From positions 64,267 through 128,266 of the forward strand of contig JBCCWC010000012.1 of the NCBI GenBank assembly GCA_039194325.1: a stretch of DNA of 64,000 nucleotides, given 5' to 3'. The position numbers were made by a program, and so were the translations under genes. The number at the start of each line of letters is the position of its first letter. The stretch's first letter is position 1. Shown one piece after another: positions 48,972-58,581 of the stretch. Origin of the DNA: Myxococcota bacterium (GTDB lineage Bacteria > Myxococcota_A > Polyangia > Nannocystales > Nannocystaceae). The notes below the pieces were generated by a model, which made no database searches, was not told where the DNA came from, and was given only the letters and a program-made list of their open reading frames with translations.

Positions 48972-50138
48972 TCAGTCCCGGACCAAGGTCAGCGCCGAGG
49001 CGCGACCGGATGGAGTGACGGAGGTCGCCACCACGCGCCGCAGCGGCATCGACGTGGGGGTGGCGCGCAGCGAGAGCTCGGGCAGATCGGGATCTTGCTC
49101 CTCGAAGCCGACGGTCGGGGGCAAGACCTGATGCACCAGGGCATGGGTGGCCACGAGCAGCTGGAGGGCACCGCTGGCGCCCTCCCAGTCGCCGGTGCAC
49201 CCCTGCACCGCGCACACGGGGATCTCGCCCAAGGTCTGCGCTATCGCACACGCTTCGCTCGCGTCGTGGCGCCGATCCCCACAGGCCGAGGCCACCACCG
49301 CGTCGGCCTCCACCCCCTGCAAGCACCGCGACAAGGCCCGAGCGGGATCCTCGGGATCGAACGCCGTCGACCAGGTCTCCACGCGGGCCAGCACTTCAAC
49401 CTCACGAACCCGTGCGATCTGCTCGTCTTCCAGCACGAGCACGGCGGCCCCTTCAGAAGGCACAGCCGACTGGCGGCGTCGATCGTAAGGGCGCGGCGGT
49501 TCGTTGGCCGGAGCGTCGAGCGACCGGTCGCGCGCCACGGGGTAGCTGAGGCAATCGATCCCGCCCGCGTACATGAGATCGACGCGCCCAAGCGCGATCC
49601 AGTCCGCGGCGTGCCCGATCGAGTCGATCGAGGAGCACCCCCGGCTCGAGAAGGTCAGGTTGGGCCCCTGTAGATCGTACCGGATGGCCGCGTGAGAGGC
49701 GGGCGCATTGAAGCCGGTGTTGGGCCCCCGCGTGGGGCTGACCCGCTCGGGCCCCCACACCAGCCGCTCGACGTGGAAGCGCACGTAGTCGTCGAGGCCG
49801 GCCCGCCGCGTGCCCATGAACACGCCGCGACGAGTGGGAGGGTAGTCCTCGTTGTCGATGCCCGCCGCCCGGCTGGCCTCGAGCAGCGCGGCCAATAGCA
49901 GACGCGACTCGTAGTTGACCGCCCGCAGCCCCTTGCGACCGAGGATCTCACGGGCGTTGAACGGCTCGATGCGAGCCCCGAGGAGCGGCGGCAAGGGGGG
50001 CAAGTCATCGCTCGACGGCGCATACGCGTCGAAGCGCGGGCGCCCCTGCCGGACCGCCGACCACAGGGGCGCGGCACCCAGGCCGAAGGGGCTGACCGCC
50101 CCCAGGCCGGTCACTACGGCCTGGCGAAGACTACGCAT
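48972..50138 (-). CDS. Non-catalytic ketosynthase-fold protein (chain-length-factor-like)
   Basis: VVTGLGAVSPFG, GPN and SEGAAVLVLE; catalytic Cys/His/His positions read G, SACG and CTGD. Confidence 0.85.
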   Translation of the reverse strand: MRSLRQAVVTGLGAVSPFGLGAAPLWSAVRQGRPRFDAYAPSSDDLPPLPPLLGARIEPFNAREILGRKGLRAVNYESRLLLAALLEASRAAGIDNEDYPPTRRGVFMGTRRAGLDDYVRFHVERLVWGPERVSPTRGPNTGFNAPASHAAIRYDLQGPNLTFSSRGCSSIDSIGHAADWIALGRVDLMYAGGIDCLSYPVARDRSLDAPANEPPRPYDRRRQSAVPSEGAAVLVLEDEQIARVREVEVLARVETWSTAFDPEDPARALSRCLQGVEADAVVASACGDRRHDASEACAIAQTLGEIPVCAVQGCTGDWEGASGALQLLVATHALVHQVLPPTVGFEEQDPDLPELSLRATPTSMPLRRVVATSVTPSGRASALTLVRD

Positions 50139-51319
50139 GACACGTTCCCCCCGAAGCCAAAGGCGTTGTTGAGCGCGACGTCGACCCGATGACGCCTCAC
50201 CTGGCCGGCAACAGGATCGATCGGACACTGCGTGTCGAGCTCACGGATGTTCATCGTCGGTGGCACGAGGCCGTCGCGGATCGCCAGGCAACAAGCCACC
50301 GACTCGATCGCGCTGGCCGCTCCCTGGCTGTGCCCGAGCATCGACTTGATCGACGACACCGGCAGCACGTCGGTGTGGGCACCAAAGACGTCCCGGATCG
50401 CCTTGGCCTCTATAGCGTCGTTGGCCGGGGTCCCCGTGCCGTGGGCCGAGACGTAGTCGACGTCGCAGGGGCGCAGGTCGGCGTCGGCCAGCGCGGCCTG
50501 CATCGACAAGCGCGCCCCCAGGCCATCGGGGTGAGGATGGGTCATGTCGTGCGCATCGGCGAAGTTGCCGTGACCGCCCACGACCGCATAGATCCGGGCC
50601 CCACGGGCCCGCGCGTGGTGCTCGGCCTCGAGGACGAGCACCGCCGACCCCTCGCTGAGGATCAGGCCCTCGCGCTGGGCGTCGAAGGGGCGCACCACAT
50701 CCTGCGAGAACGAGTCGAACTGAGCAAACATCATGAACATCGCCGGGGACAGCTCGTCGGCCCCCCCCGCGAACATGACGTCGGCCCGCCCCGCCGCGAT
50801 CATGTCGCTGGCGAAGCCGATGGCGCTATTGCCCGCCGCACAGGCGGTCGGCAGCACCATCACCGGGCCGCGACACCCCAGCTCGATGGCGGGCGCCTCG
50901 CTGACCAGGGCGACCTCGTGCGTGGCCAGCCGCTGCTCGCCCGCCCCGTGCTCATAGAGCCGCGAGTACGCGGACTCCAGACCGGGACGGTTGGCCACGA
51001 CCACCCCCATCACCACCCCAGCCCGATCCGCCACCGCGGAGACGTCGAGCCCGGCGTCTTGGGCCGCCGCCCGAGCGGCGGTCACCGCCAGCCGGGTCGC
51101 CCGCTGGAATCGACCCGGCGGCTGCCGCTCGAAGGCCGCACCATCGTCCAGAGGACCCAGCTCGCCCGCCTGGCTCGCCCGCAGCTCGCTCGCGTCGAAG
51201 CGCGTGATGGGCCCGGTGCCCACCGTGCCGGCCTGCACGGCCGACCAGAACGCGTCGAGGCCCACGCCGACCGAAGAGAGCACCCCCAGGCCGGTTACGA
51301 CTGTACGTGGAGGTCTCAT
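50114..51319 (-). CDS. Type II beta-ketoacyl-ACP synthase (KS-alpha/FabF-like)
   Basis: TACAAG, AHGTGT, KSMLGH and NAFGFGG are intact. Confidence 0.93.
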   Translation of the reverse strand: MRPPRTVVTGLGVLSSVGVGLDAFWSAVQAGTVGTGPITRFDASELRASQAGELGPLDDGAAFERQPPGRFQRATRLAVTAARAAAQDAGLDVSAVADRAGVVMGVVVANRPGLESAYSRLYEHGAGEQRLATHEVALVSEAPAIELGCRGPVMVLPTACAAGNSAIGFASDMIAAGRADVMFAGGADELSPAMFMMFAQFDSFSQDVVRPFDAQREGLILSEGSAVLVLEAEHHARARGARIYAVVGGHGNFADAHDMTHPHPDGLGARLSMQAALADADLRPCDVDYVSAHGTGTPANDAIEAKAIRDVFGAHTDVLPVSSIKSMLGHSQGAASAIESVACCLAIRDGLVPPTMNIRELDTQCPIDPVAGQVRRHRVDVALNNAFGFGGNVSCVVFARP

Positions 51320-51567
51320 GACTTCGGCGCCTGCAGTAAAGTCTCGACCATGGGCACCAGCTCGGAGATGCGCTGGACCCCCTCGATCCTCGAGTCGAAA
51401 CGGACGCCGAACTTACGCTCGAGGGCCACGAGGAACTCCAGCCGAATGACCGAGCTGACATTGAGATCATCGGCAAGGTGAAGATCGCCTACGAGCTCCT
51501 CGGGGTCGAGCTCGAGAACCTCCTCGGCGATCTCCTTGATTTGGTTATCTATGTCGTTGATCTTCAT
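51316..51567 (-). CDS. Acyl carrier protein
   Basis: Small acidic protein with L.DDL.VSS...LEF..ALE..FG; ATGA-coupled to the KS gene. Confidence 0.88.
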   Translation of the reverse strand: MKINDIDNQIKEIAEEVLELDPEELVGDLHLADDLNVSSVIRLEFLVALERKFGVRFDSRIEGVQRISELVPMVETLLQAPKS

Positions 51568-51609
51568 CTTCCACCGATCGCACGTGGCGATCCTTGCTGG
51601 CCGCACCCA

Positions 51610-51790
51610 GTAACAATTTGGTCCAATCAGGGGGTCTGTGTCAAATAGAATATATAGCGAGTTCCAGTTCGAACCACCGAAACATGCATAAATTACGCAT
51701 AAATAGGCTCTAAAATAGACCTAAATGATTAATGGTTCTGCATCGATGGCTTTGCATCGATGTAACACTATATCTACCATCAAATCGGGC
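51610..51790 (-). promoter_or_regulatory. AT-rich intergenic promoter region upstream of the ACP-KS-CLF-ligase operon
   Basis: Strongly AT-rich; direct repeats GCATAAAT (51686, 51697) and TGCATCGATG (51739, 51753). Confidence 0.5.
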
Positions 51791-51835
51791 CAACTCGGGC
51801 AACTCGAAGCACGCGCATACTCGCGATCACGACGA

Positions 51836-52519
51836 TCATGGCAACGATATCCGGTCACCGACGACCGCTTCCGCCGCCACCCGCTCGTGCAAGAAGGCCA
51901 TGGCGCGCTCCCACGCGAGCGCGGCGGCTCGCTCGTCGTAGGCCCCCCGAGCCTCGTCGACAAAGCCGTGGGGAGCATCGTACCAGTACACCTGGTGATC
52001 GACGGCCGCCCCTTCGAGCTCGGCCGCCACGGCGGGCTGTCGGCCCGAGCGAAAGAAGTCATCCCCACGACACAAGTGAACCTGGACCGGCTGGCGGATC
52101 GATTCGATCCCCACCTCGTCGGGACCGGGGATCCCATAGAAGGAGATGAACCCTCGACACGACAACCCACGCCCCGCCGCAATCATCGCCACGCGACCAC
52201 CCAGCGAGAATCCCACCATGGCCACCAATGCCCCCATATGCGTAGCCGCCGCGCGCGCCGGGCCCTCGACTACGGCGTCGAGATCGAGATCGGTCAGGTG
52301 CCGCATCGCCTCCAGCGGGGTCTGCGGGCAGTAGCCGTCGTAGAGATCCGGCGCGATCGTATCGTAGCCCGCGTCGGCCAGTCGGTCCGCCGCACGTCGG
52401 ACCGAGTCGGTCAACCCCCACCAGTCGTGGAGCAGCACCACCCGACCGCGCGCGTCCGGTGGCACCGGGGCTCGATAGGCCGCGACCCGGCCCCCCGCGG
52501 CATCCTCGATCTCGATCAT
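51836..52519 (-). CDS. Dienelactone-hydrolase-family alpha/beta hydrolase
   Basis: HDWWGL, APDLY, GFSLGG (Ser nucleophile), HGF and AWER...F. Confidence 0.88.
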   Translation of the reverse strand: MIEIEDAAGGRVAAYRAPVPPDARGRVVLLHDWWGLTDSVRRAADRLADAGYDTIAPDLYDGYCPQTPLEAMRHLTDLDLDAVVEGPARAAATHMGALVAMVGFSLGGRVAMIAAGRGLSCRGFISFYGIPGPDEVGIESIRQPVQVHLCRGDDFFRSGRQPAVAAELEGAAVDHQVYWYDAPHGFVDEARGAYDERAAALAWERAMAFLHERVAAEAVVGDRISLP

Positions 52520-53928
52520 GCGCGGGCTCGCGTTCGGTTGGCCACCCGCACGGCCAAGCCCCCCGAAGGCGCGACCAGAAAGCCGTGCATCTGAGGCCCG
52601 AGCGGGGAGTCGTAGTCGGGAACGAGTGAGGCCCGCATCAAGATCCGGGCGATGACGATCTGCATCTCATACTCGGCGAACGCCGAGCCCAGGCACCGCC
52701 AGGGCCCCCCACCAAAGGGAATGTAGGCGAAGGGAGGCGGACGCTTGCCCAGGAATCGGCTGGGGTCGAAGGTATCAGGCGCCTCGTAGAGCTCGGGTGA
52801 ACGCTGAATGAGCGGCGCGGGGATTCCGATCGCCGTCCCCGCCTCGAGGGGAGTGCCGTCGATGACCGCGTCGTTGCGCACCACCCGAAAGATGGCCGCC
52901 ATGATCGGGTGCAGACGGGCCGACTCGCGCATGACCGCCGTCAGGTACTGGAGCTCACCCGCCCGCCGTGGCTCGAAGGGACCGTCGCCGAACACCTCGC
53001 CGACCTCGTCCCGGATGCGCGCGGCGACCTCCGGTTGCTCGAGTACGGAGTACATCGCCCACGAAAGCGAGACACTGGTCGTGCTGAACCCACCCCCCAA
53101 GAAGTCCATCAGCAGAGCGTGGGTCTGCGCGAGATCCACATCCTCGGACGCCATGACGATCCGGGCGAGGATGTCCTCCCGCTCGCTCATGTCGCCTTGC
53201 CGGCAACGGTCGATCTCTTCGTAGAGGATCTCGTCGATGAACCCCCGGAGCATGCCTTGCTCGAGCACGGGGACCCGCACCGCGTCGTCGACCCGCGAGC
53301 GGAAGCGACGGGTGACCCCGGCGATCCCGTCGAGGATGTCGAACAGCCGCAGGCTGCCCACCACCATGCTCACGCTCATCATCTGGGGCGTCAGCATCCG
53401 CGCGAAGTACCGCTGAAACAGCATCTCGAGCCGCGCGACCTGGTCCGGATCGCTCGCCCCGACCACGCAGCGCAACATGACCCGCAGCGTGATCTCGTGC
53501 ATGACGTCCATCAGCCGGATGCTCGCCCCCGGCTGCCATTGGTCGATGACCGCATCGGTGACCTCGAGGATCGTCGAGCCGTAGGCGCCGACCCGACTCA
53601 CGTGGAAGGGACCGCTGAGCACGCTTCGCAGCCGGCGGTGATCTCCACCCTCTTGGAACAAGATCGACCGCGGGCCGGTGAGGAATCCGGAGACATCGTT
53701 GAGGCGGTAGGCGGTGTCGTACCCCAGCGTCATCAACTCCTTGATCGCGGCAGGCTTGGTGAACACCACATACGGCGGAATGCCCGGTAGCCGAACGGTA
53801 AAGGGGCTGCCGTAGCGCTCGGCGAGCTCGCCGTAGAACCCATACGGCTTGCCCATCAGCCCACGTGCGGTCATCAGGAGGTTGCGAGGACCCGCGGGAA
53901 GCCCATCCCGGCTCGTCATGGACTTCAT
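52516..53928 (-). CDS. Cytochrome P450
   Basis: LPAGP, ESAR (ExxR), FDPSRF and FGGGPWRCLG. Confidence 0.93.
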   Translation of the reverse strand: MKSMTSRDGLPAGPRNLLMTARGLMGKPYGFYGELAERYGSPFTVRLPGIPPYVVFTKPAAIKELMTLGYDTAYRLNDVSGFLTGPRSILFQEGGDHRRLRSVLSGPFHVSRVGAYGSTILEVTDAVIDQWQPGASIRLMDVMHEITLRVMLRCVVGASDPDQVARLEMLFQRYFARMLTPQMMSVSMVVGSLRLFDILDGIAGVTRRFRSRVDDAVRVPVLEQGMLRGFIDEILYEEIDRCRQGDMSEREDILARIVMASEDVDLAQTHALLMDFLGGGFSTTSVSLSWAMYSVLEQPEVAARIRDEVGEVFGDGPFEPRRAGELQYLTAVMRESARLHPIMAAIFRVVRNDAVIDGTPLEAGTAIGIPAPLIQRSPELYEAPDTFDPSRFLGKRPPPFAYIPFGGGPWRCLGSAFAEYEMQIVIARILMRASLVPDYDSPLGPQMHGFLVAPSGGLAVRVANRTRARA

Positions 53929-54959
53929 GCCTCACCTCCGATCGCAGCGCCGCGACGGAGGGTCGCTCGCGGCCGCGGAGTAAAGCCCGGCCACAGCTCG
54001 CAGTCCCTGGCTTGCTCGATCAGCCGCGCCCGCTCCTTGAAGTAGAGCGCGATCCCTTTGTCGGCCCCACAGAGGTTCCAGTCGACCGGATTGGGCCGCG
54101 GTGATTGCATTGCCTTCATCATCGGAATGTCCTCACGATCCTGTACCCAGGGCCAGTAGAAGAAGTTCAGGTGCGCCCACACCATCGCCTTGCCCAGCAA
54201 GGGCACCCGCACGTAGCTCTGCGCAAAGCGAGAGAACGCCCAGGTGTTGTGCTCGTCGATGGGCGTGTAGATCGTCATGCCGTGCCAGCGCTCGGCAAAG
54301 TCGAGGTAGAGCAGGTTGGGGAACTTGAGGCGTACGAGCAGCTCCATGGTCTTCTTGCCACCCGGCCACACCATCAGGCAGGCGTTGTCGAGCTCGTCGC
54401 CCCGCAGCTCGGCCCGGCACTCCTGAACCGCCTTCTCGGACCCCTGCGAGATCGACTTGTGGAGCACCGGCACGTGGTGCACGTCGAGCGAGGCCTCCAC
54501 GTAGCGCGCGTAGTGCACGGGGACCTCGCGGATGTGCGTGCTGCTCTGGTTGCTCTCGCTGTTGAGCACGGGCCGATCCTCGATCCACGGGATCGGGGGG
54601 TAGTGGTCGCGCATCTCCCCGTACCACAGCCAGACCAGATCGTACTTCTCCCGCACCATGAAGGGCTGCAGGTGAAACCGCCGGGGGACCGGCTTGCCCG
54701 GGCCGTCGGTGGGGATCAGCCGGCAGCGCCCGTCGTCGCCGAAGAGCAGCCCGTGGAACGGACACTCCACGCAATCGCCGACGATCGCCCCGCCGCTCAG
54801 CGCCGAGCCGCGGTGGCTACAACGATCGGGCAAGCAGCTGACCTGCCCCGAAGGGCGGCGCCACAGCAGCAGCTTCTCTCCCAGGCGCTTGATGCCCACC
54901 GGCCGGTCTGAACGCAGGCTCTTGGACTCGTAGATCGCATACCACTGGTTGGGAATCAT
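53925..54959 (-). CDS. Rieske non-heme iron oxygenase (AuaF-like context)
   Basis: CSHRG...CPFHG Rieske ligands and DVHHVPVLH mononuclear iron motif. Confidence 0.92.
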   Translation of the reverse strand: MIPNQWYAIYESKSLRSDRPVGIKRLGEKLLLWRRPSGQVSCLPDRCSHRGSALSGGAIVGDCVECPFHGLLFGDDGRCRLIPTDGPGKPVPRRFHLQPFMVREKYDLVWLWYGEMRDHYPPIPWIEDRPVLNSESNQSSTHIREVPVHYARYVEASLDVHHVPVLHKSISQGSEKAVQECRAELRGDELDNACLMVWPGGKKTMELLVRLKFPNLLYLDFAERWHGMTIYTPIDEHNTWAFSRFAQSYVRVPLLGKAMVWAHLNFFYWPWVQDREDIPMMKAMQSPRPNPVDWNLCGADKGIALYFKERARLIEQARDCELWPGFTPRPRATLRRGAAIGGEA

Positions 54960-54978
54960 CGTCGTCACCCTCCGCCCA

Positions 54979-56481
54979 TCAGGCAAAGATCGGCGCCCCC
55001 AAGATGTTGCCGGGATCGTAGCGCTCCTTGGTCTGTTGCCACCGAGCCACTACCTCTTCGCCGAACTGCCGACGATAGAAGCCGAGCTCCTTGGGGTGGT
55101 ACCCATAAAGGTACACGCGGCCGCCCGCTTCCAGGCAGGCTTCGCGAGCTTCATCGAGCCGCCGATGCTGATCGTCCACCATGCTGGGCGGCACCATCTG
55201 GTAGTTGCTGATCGCGTTGACCATAGGAGCGTCGGGAACCGGCGACAGCGGCAGCCGGGAGTGCTCGCCCCCGTCGTTGAACAGCAGCATGCCAAAGTAC
55301 CCCCGCGTGCTGACGGGGTCGTCGAAGAGCTTGCGGAACATGCGGAAGAACTCCTCGGCCCGATCCGAGGGCATCATGAAGTCGTTCCAGATGTTGCGCA
55401 GCTGCGAGCCCTCGGTCACTCGCCCCGCCCGGATGCTCGCCTCGATGTTGCTCTGGACCACCGCCTCCGCCGACTGGTTCATGAAGCGATGCGCGCACTG
55501 GAGCGCGATGCCCCGCGGGGCCCGCTCCAGGGCGTCTTCGAAATAGTGCATCATCTTCTCGCGCTGCTCGCTGCCGGCGACCGAGCCCTGGAGCATGCGC
55601 TGCAGGCCACGCGTTTGAGCGATCGTCTCCCCGGCGATCGCCGGGTAACCGATGGCCGGAATGGCCCGATGCGCGAGCCCGAAGACCGCCGCCGCCAGCC
55701 AAGGGGCCCCCTGCGTGTTCGGGCGCTGGGCGTGCTCGGAGGCCCACAACAGCTGCCACTTGCGGACGCGGATGTCGAAGGTGACCACGCAGTGCTCGAA
55801 GGGCCGCGCTTGCGCGAGGAAGGCGTTGATCTGGTCGACGGTGGTGTGCTCGGGGAAGCTCCGCGCTCGCATCGCCCAGTAGGGCTTGTGCTCGCGCACC
55901 CGAAAATGAGCCCGCACGATGATCCCCGTCTGCCCCAGCCCCGCGAGCGCGTAGTGGAACAGTTGGTCGTGCTCCCCTCCCGGCGCCGCGTGGACCAGCT
56001 CGCCCTTGCCGTCGACGATGTCCAGGCCGGTCACGTGGTTGATGGCGGGGCCACAGATCACCGACGAAGAGCCAAAACCCCCCACCGACAAGAAGCCGCC
56101 CACCGTGGCCGCCGGGCTGTCGCCGAGGACGATGCAGCTTCGTCCCCGCTCGATCAGTTCCTCTTGAAGCGGCGTCCAGCGCACGCCCGCATCGGCGCAC
56201 ACCGTGTCGGAAGAACCGAGGGTGAACCGGCGCAGCGCCGTCATGTCGAGGACCACGCCATCCGACAGACAAAGGCCGGTGCTGCTGCAGCCGTGCCCTC
56301 GCACCGCGACCCGCAGGCCCTGCCGTCGCGCGTACGCCACGGTGTGCTGGACGTCGGCGATGTCCTCGGCGACGACGACCAGCCGCGGGTTCACCCGATC
56401 GATCCCGCCATAGTCGGTGGCATACACGTCGGGGGGCGACTCGATGACCGCACCGCGGATCCGCTTGCTCAGCTCGTGCAT
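54979..56481 (-). CDS. FAD-linked oxidase (VAO/cytokinin-dehydrogenase/BBE superfamily)
   Basis: DYGG, RGHGCS, TVGG.LSVGG.G, LAGLGQ.GII and K.RYDP.NIL. Confidence 0.88.
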   Translation of the reverse strand: MHELSKRIRGAVIESPPDVYATDYGGIDRVNPRLVVVAEDIADVQHTVAYARRQGLRVAVRGHGCSSTGLCLSDGVVLDMTALRRFTLGSSDTVCADAGVRWTPLQEELIERGRSCIVLGDSPAATVGGFLSVGGFGSSSVICGPAINHVTGLDIVDGKGELVHAAPGGEHDQLFHYALAGLGQTGIIVRAHFRVREHKPYWAMRARSFPEHTTVDQINAFLAQARPFEHCVVTFDIRVRKWQLLWASEHAQRPNTQGAPWLAAAVFGLAHRAIPAIGYPAIAGETIAQTRGLQRMLQGSVAGSEQREKMMHYFEDALERAPRGIALQCAHRFMNQSAEAVVQSNIEASIRAGRVTEGSQLRNIWNDFMMPSDRAEEFFRMFRKLFDDPVSTRGYFGMLLFNDGGEHSRLPLSPVPDAPMVNAISNYQMVPPSMVDDQHRRLDEAREACLEAGGRVYLYGYHPKELGFYRRQFGEEVVARWQQTKERYDPGNILGAPIFA

Positions 56482-56511
56482 GTTCTCGTCGTTCCTGTGG
56501 CCAGGCGGAGC

Positions 56512-57534
56512 TTAGCCGGGGGGCGACCCAAACCCAGGCGCACTGTCCCGGCGACCACCCAGCAAAATCTGCAGCGCCAGCAGCAGCGCCTCGGGCCGCA
56601 GGCCCTGGTCGTGCCAATGCAGCCGGCGCGTGGCCACGACCCAAAACACCATGGTGGCCACGATGACCAGCAGGTGCCCCGCCGAGCCGTGAATGAGCGC
56701 CATGGTGGCGCACAGCACCACAAACCAAAAGTGATAGACCCACTCGCGCACGCACTGCGCCTCGTCGCCGGCCCGAGCGCTCCGCAACAGCCGAGCAAAC
56801 AGGAACGAGATGGGGATGAACAGGGTCAGGGCCAAGAACCTCGGCTCGACCGAACCGAGGGCCACCAGCAGCACCAGCAGACCATAGGGCGCCAGTAGCA
56901 ACGCCACCAGGGGCGCCGACCGGGACAAGCGCGTCAGCGCGACGAACACGCTGTGGTAGCCGCGTCGCCGGTCGCCCTCTACATCGGTGACGTCCTTGGC
57001 CCCCGAGATCGAGGCCACGAAGGCCACGACAAACAACAGCGCGAGGGGGACGTCGCGTAGCGAGCCGTACATCACCCAGCCATAGAGCAGCGGCAGCACG
57101 AAGGTCCCGCAAAGCGCCACCAGCACGCCGAAGCGATGGGCCTTGAACCGGGGGCCAACCGAGTAACCCCACGCCACGGTCCAGGACGCGAGCTGGACGG
57201 TCAGCAGCGTGAGGTTGTGCGAAACGCAGAACCAAAGGACATACGCCAGCAGGTGCAGCGCAAAGATCGCGGCCGCGAGTACCGCGAGGGTGGGGTACCC
57301 GAGCGCATGGCATAGCCGGGTTCGCTCGGGTCGGTTGATCGCATCCTCGGTACGATCTGCGTAACGATTGGTCAGCTCGATCGCCACGCACATGGTGCTC
57401 CACAGCGCCAGCCCCACCAGCACCCAGCCCACACCGCCGTGACCGGTCGCGGCGGCCGCCGTGTAGAAGGCCAGGAAGTAGAACGCAGTAAAGCGAACAC
57501 TTCCGACCTTCAGCACGAGCAGGAGCTTCTTCAC
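56512..57534 (-). CDS. UbiA-family membrane prenyltransferase (AuaA-like context)
   Basis: NRYADRTEDAINRP.R, YS.GP.FK and KDVTDVEGD Asp-rich motifs; many transmembrane segments. Confidence 0.9.
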   Translation of the reverse strand: MKKLLLVLKVGSVRFTAFYFLAFYTAAAATGHGGVGWVLVGLALWSTMCVAIELTNRYADRTEDAINRPERTRLCHALGYPTLAVLAAAIFALHLLAYVLWFCVSHNLTLLTVQLASWTVAWGYSVGPRFKAHRFGVLVALCGTFVLPLLYGWVMYGSLRDVPLALLFVVAFVASISGAKDVTDVEGDRRRGYHSVFVALTRLSRSAPLVALLLAPYGLLVLLVALGSVEPRFLALTLFIPISFLFARLLRSARAGDEAQCVREWVYHFWFVVLCATMALIHGSAGHLLVIVATMVFWVVATRRLHWHDQGLRPEALLLALQILLGGRRDSAPGFGSPPG

Positions 57535-57582
57535 GGCGACGCCACGGACGAGCGAGCGAGTCGGACGAGTCGAAGTTGGACC

Positions 57583-58476
57583 TCAAGCGCCCGGCAGCGC
57601 CGCGGTCGGGGGATCGATCTTGGTCGCGCTGAGCTCCATGTGGCGGAACAACCCCCGGCGAATGCCCCGACCGTAGCCCAGCCCGCCCAGGAAGTGGCCG
57701 CGAATGTTGCTACGCCGCTCCGGGTCGCGGATCAGCAGCCCGGCCCCCACGCGGAACAGGAACTCGGAGACATGGCCCATGTACTCGAGCTGCGTGGCAT
57801 GGAAGTAGATGAGCGGCGTGATCTCGTTGAGCTGAAAGTTGCCGAGCCCCGCCTCGAGGGCCGCCGCCTTGATCTCGCTGGCCCGCATCAGCGGCATCAT
57901 GTGCCAGCCTTCGCAGGCGCGCTCGCGCTCCTTGAGCTGGTCGGGCGTAAGATCGCCCTCCATCACCGTCATCACGATGCCGCGCCAAACGCCCCCGGGC
58001 TTGAGCACCCGCCGCAGGCCCTTGAAGTACTCCACCTTGTCCGTGGCGTAGTTGAAGGTCTCCTGGTTGGTGACGAGATCAAAGGTATTGTCCGGGAGAC
58101 CGGACAGATCGTTCATGTCCATCTGGTGGAACTTGCACAGATCGCCGACCCCTCGTTGCTGGGCCAGCTCGGCGGCGTCGTTCACGTGATCCGGATTGAC
58201 GGTGATCCCGGTCGCGTGGCAGCCGTGCTCCATCGCCGACCAGGTCGCCAAGCCCCCGTAGCCGGAACCAGCGTCCAGGATGTGAGAGCCGGGGCCCACC
58301 CCGGTGCCACGGAGCAGCCGGCGATTGGACGCAAGGAACGACTCGTACTCAGTACGAACCCCGGGCTCCCAGACCCCGAAGTGCCAGCTGTAGGTTCCCT
58401 TGGAATAGGTATTGAAGTTCCACGCGAGGTCCCCGTAGTAGGAGGAGTTGCGTCGGACGAGATCTTCTCTGTTCAT
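57583..58476 (-). CDS. SAM-dependent methyltransferase (tocopherol/sterol MT-like)
   Basis: WHFG.W, ILDAGSGYGG, FDLV and RVLKPGG. Confidence 0.9.
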   Translation of the reverse strand: MNREDLVRRNSSYYGDLAWNFNTYSKGTYSWHFGVWEPGVRTEYESFLASNRRLLRGTGVGPGSHILDAGSGYGGLATWSAMEHGCHATGITVNPDHVNDAAELAQQRGVGDLCKFHQMDMNDLSGLPDNTFDLVTNQETFNYATDKVEYFKGLRRVLKPGGVWRGIVMTVMEGDLTPDQLKERERACEGWHMMPLMRASEIKAAALEAGLGNFQLNEITPLIYFHATQLEYMGHVSEFLFRVGAGLLIRDPERRSNIRGHFLGGLGYGRGIRRGLFRHMELSATKIDPPTAALPGA

Positions 58477-58581
58477 GGACTTGATCGAAATTCCTCGTGC
58501 GCACAGTCAGGTGCACACGACCGGTACACGTGACGAGACCGGGCTGGAGAACTCCTGAGAGTGGTGGTGGGATTGCGCCGC

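Noticed and set aside
48972..51567. Housekeeping fatty-acid synthesis (fabF/acpP) or aryl-polyene cluster
   Set aside because: No fabG/fabD/fabZ or dehydratases nearby, the ACP is atypical, and the second KS is non-catalytic and followed by an aryl-ligase homologue.
54949..57586. Long alternative-frame ORFs (649 aa +, 811 aa -) and similar shadow ORFs across the window
   Set aside because: They overlap well-supported genes and are Arg/Gly/Ala-rich products of high-GC codon bias.
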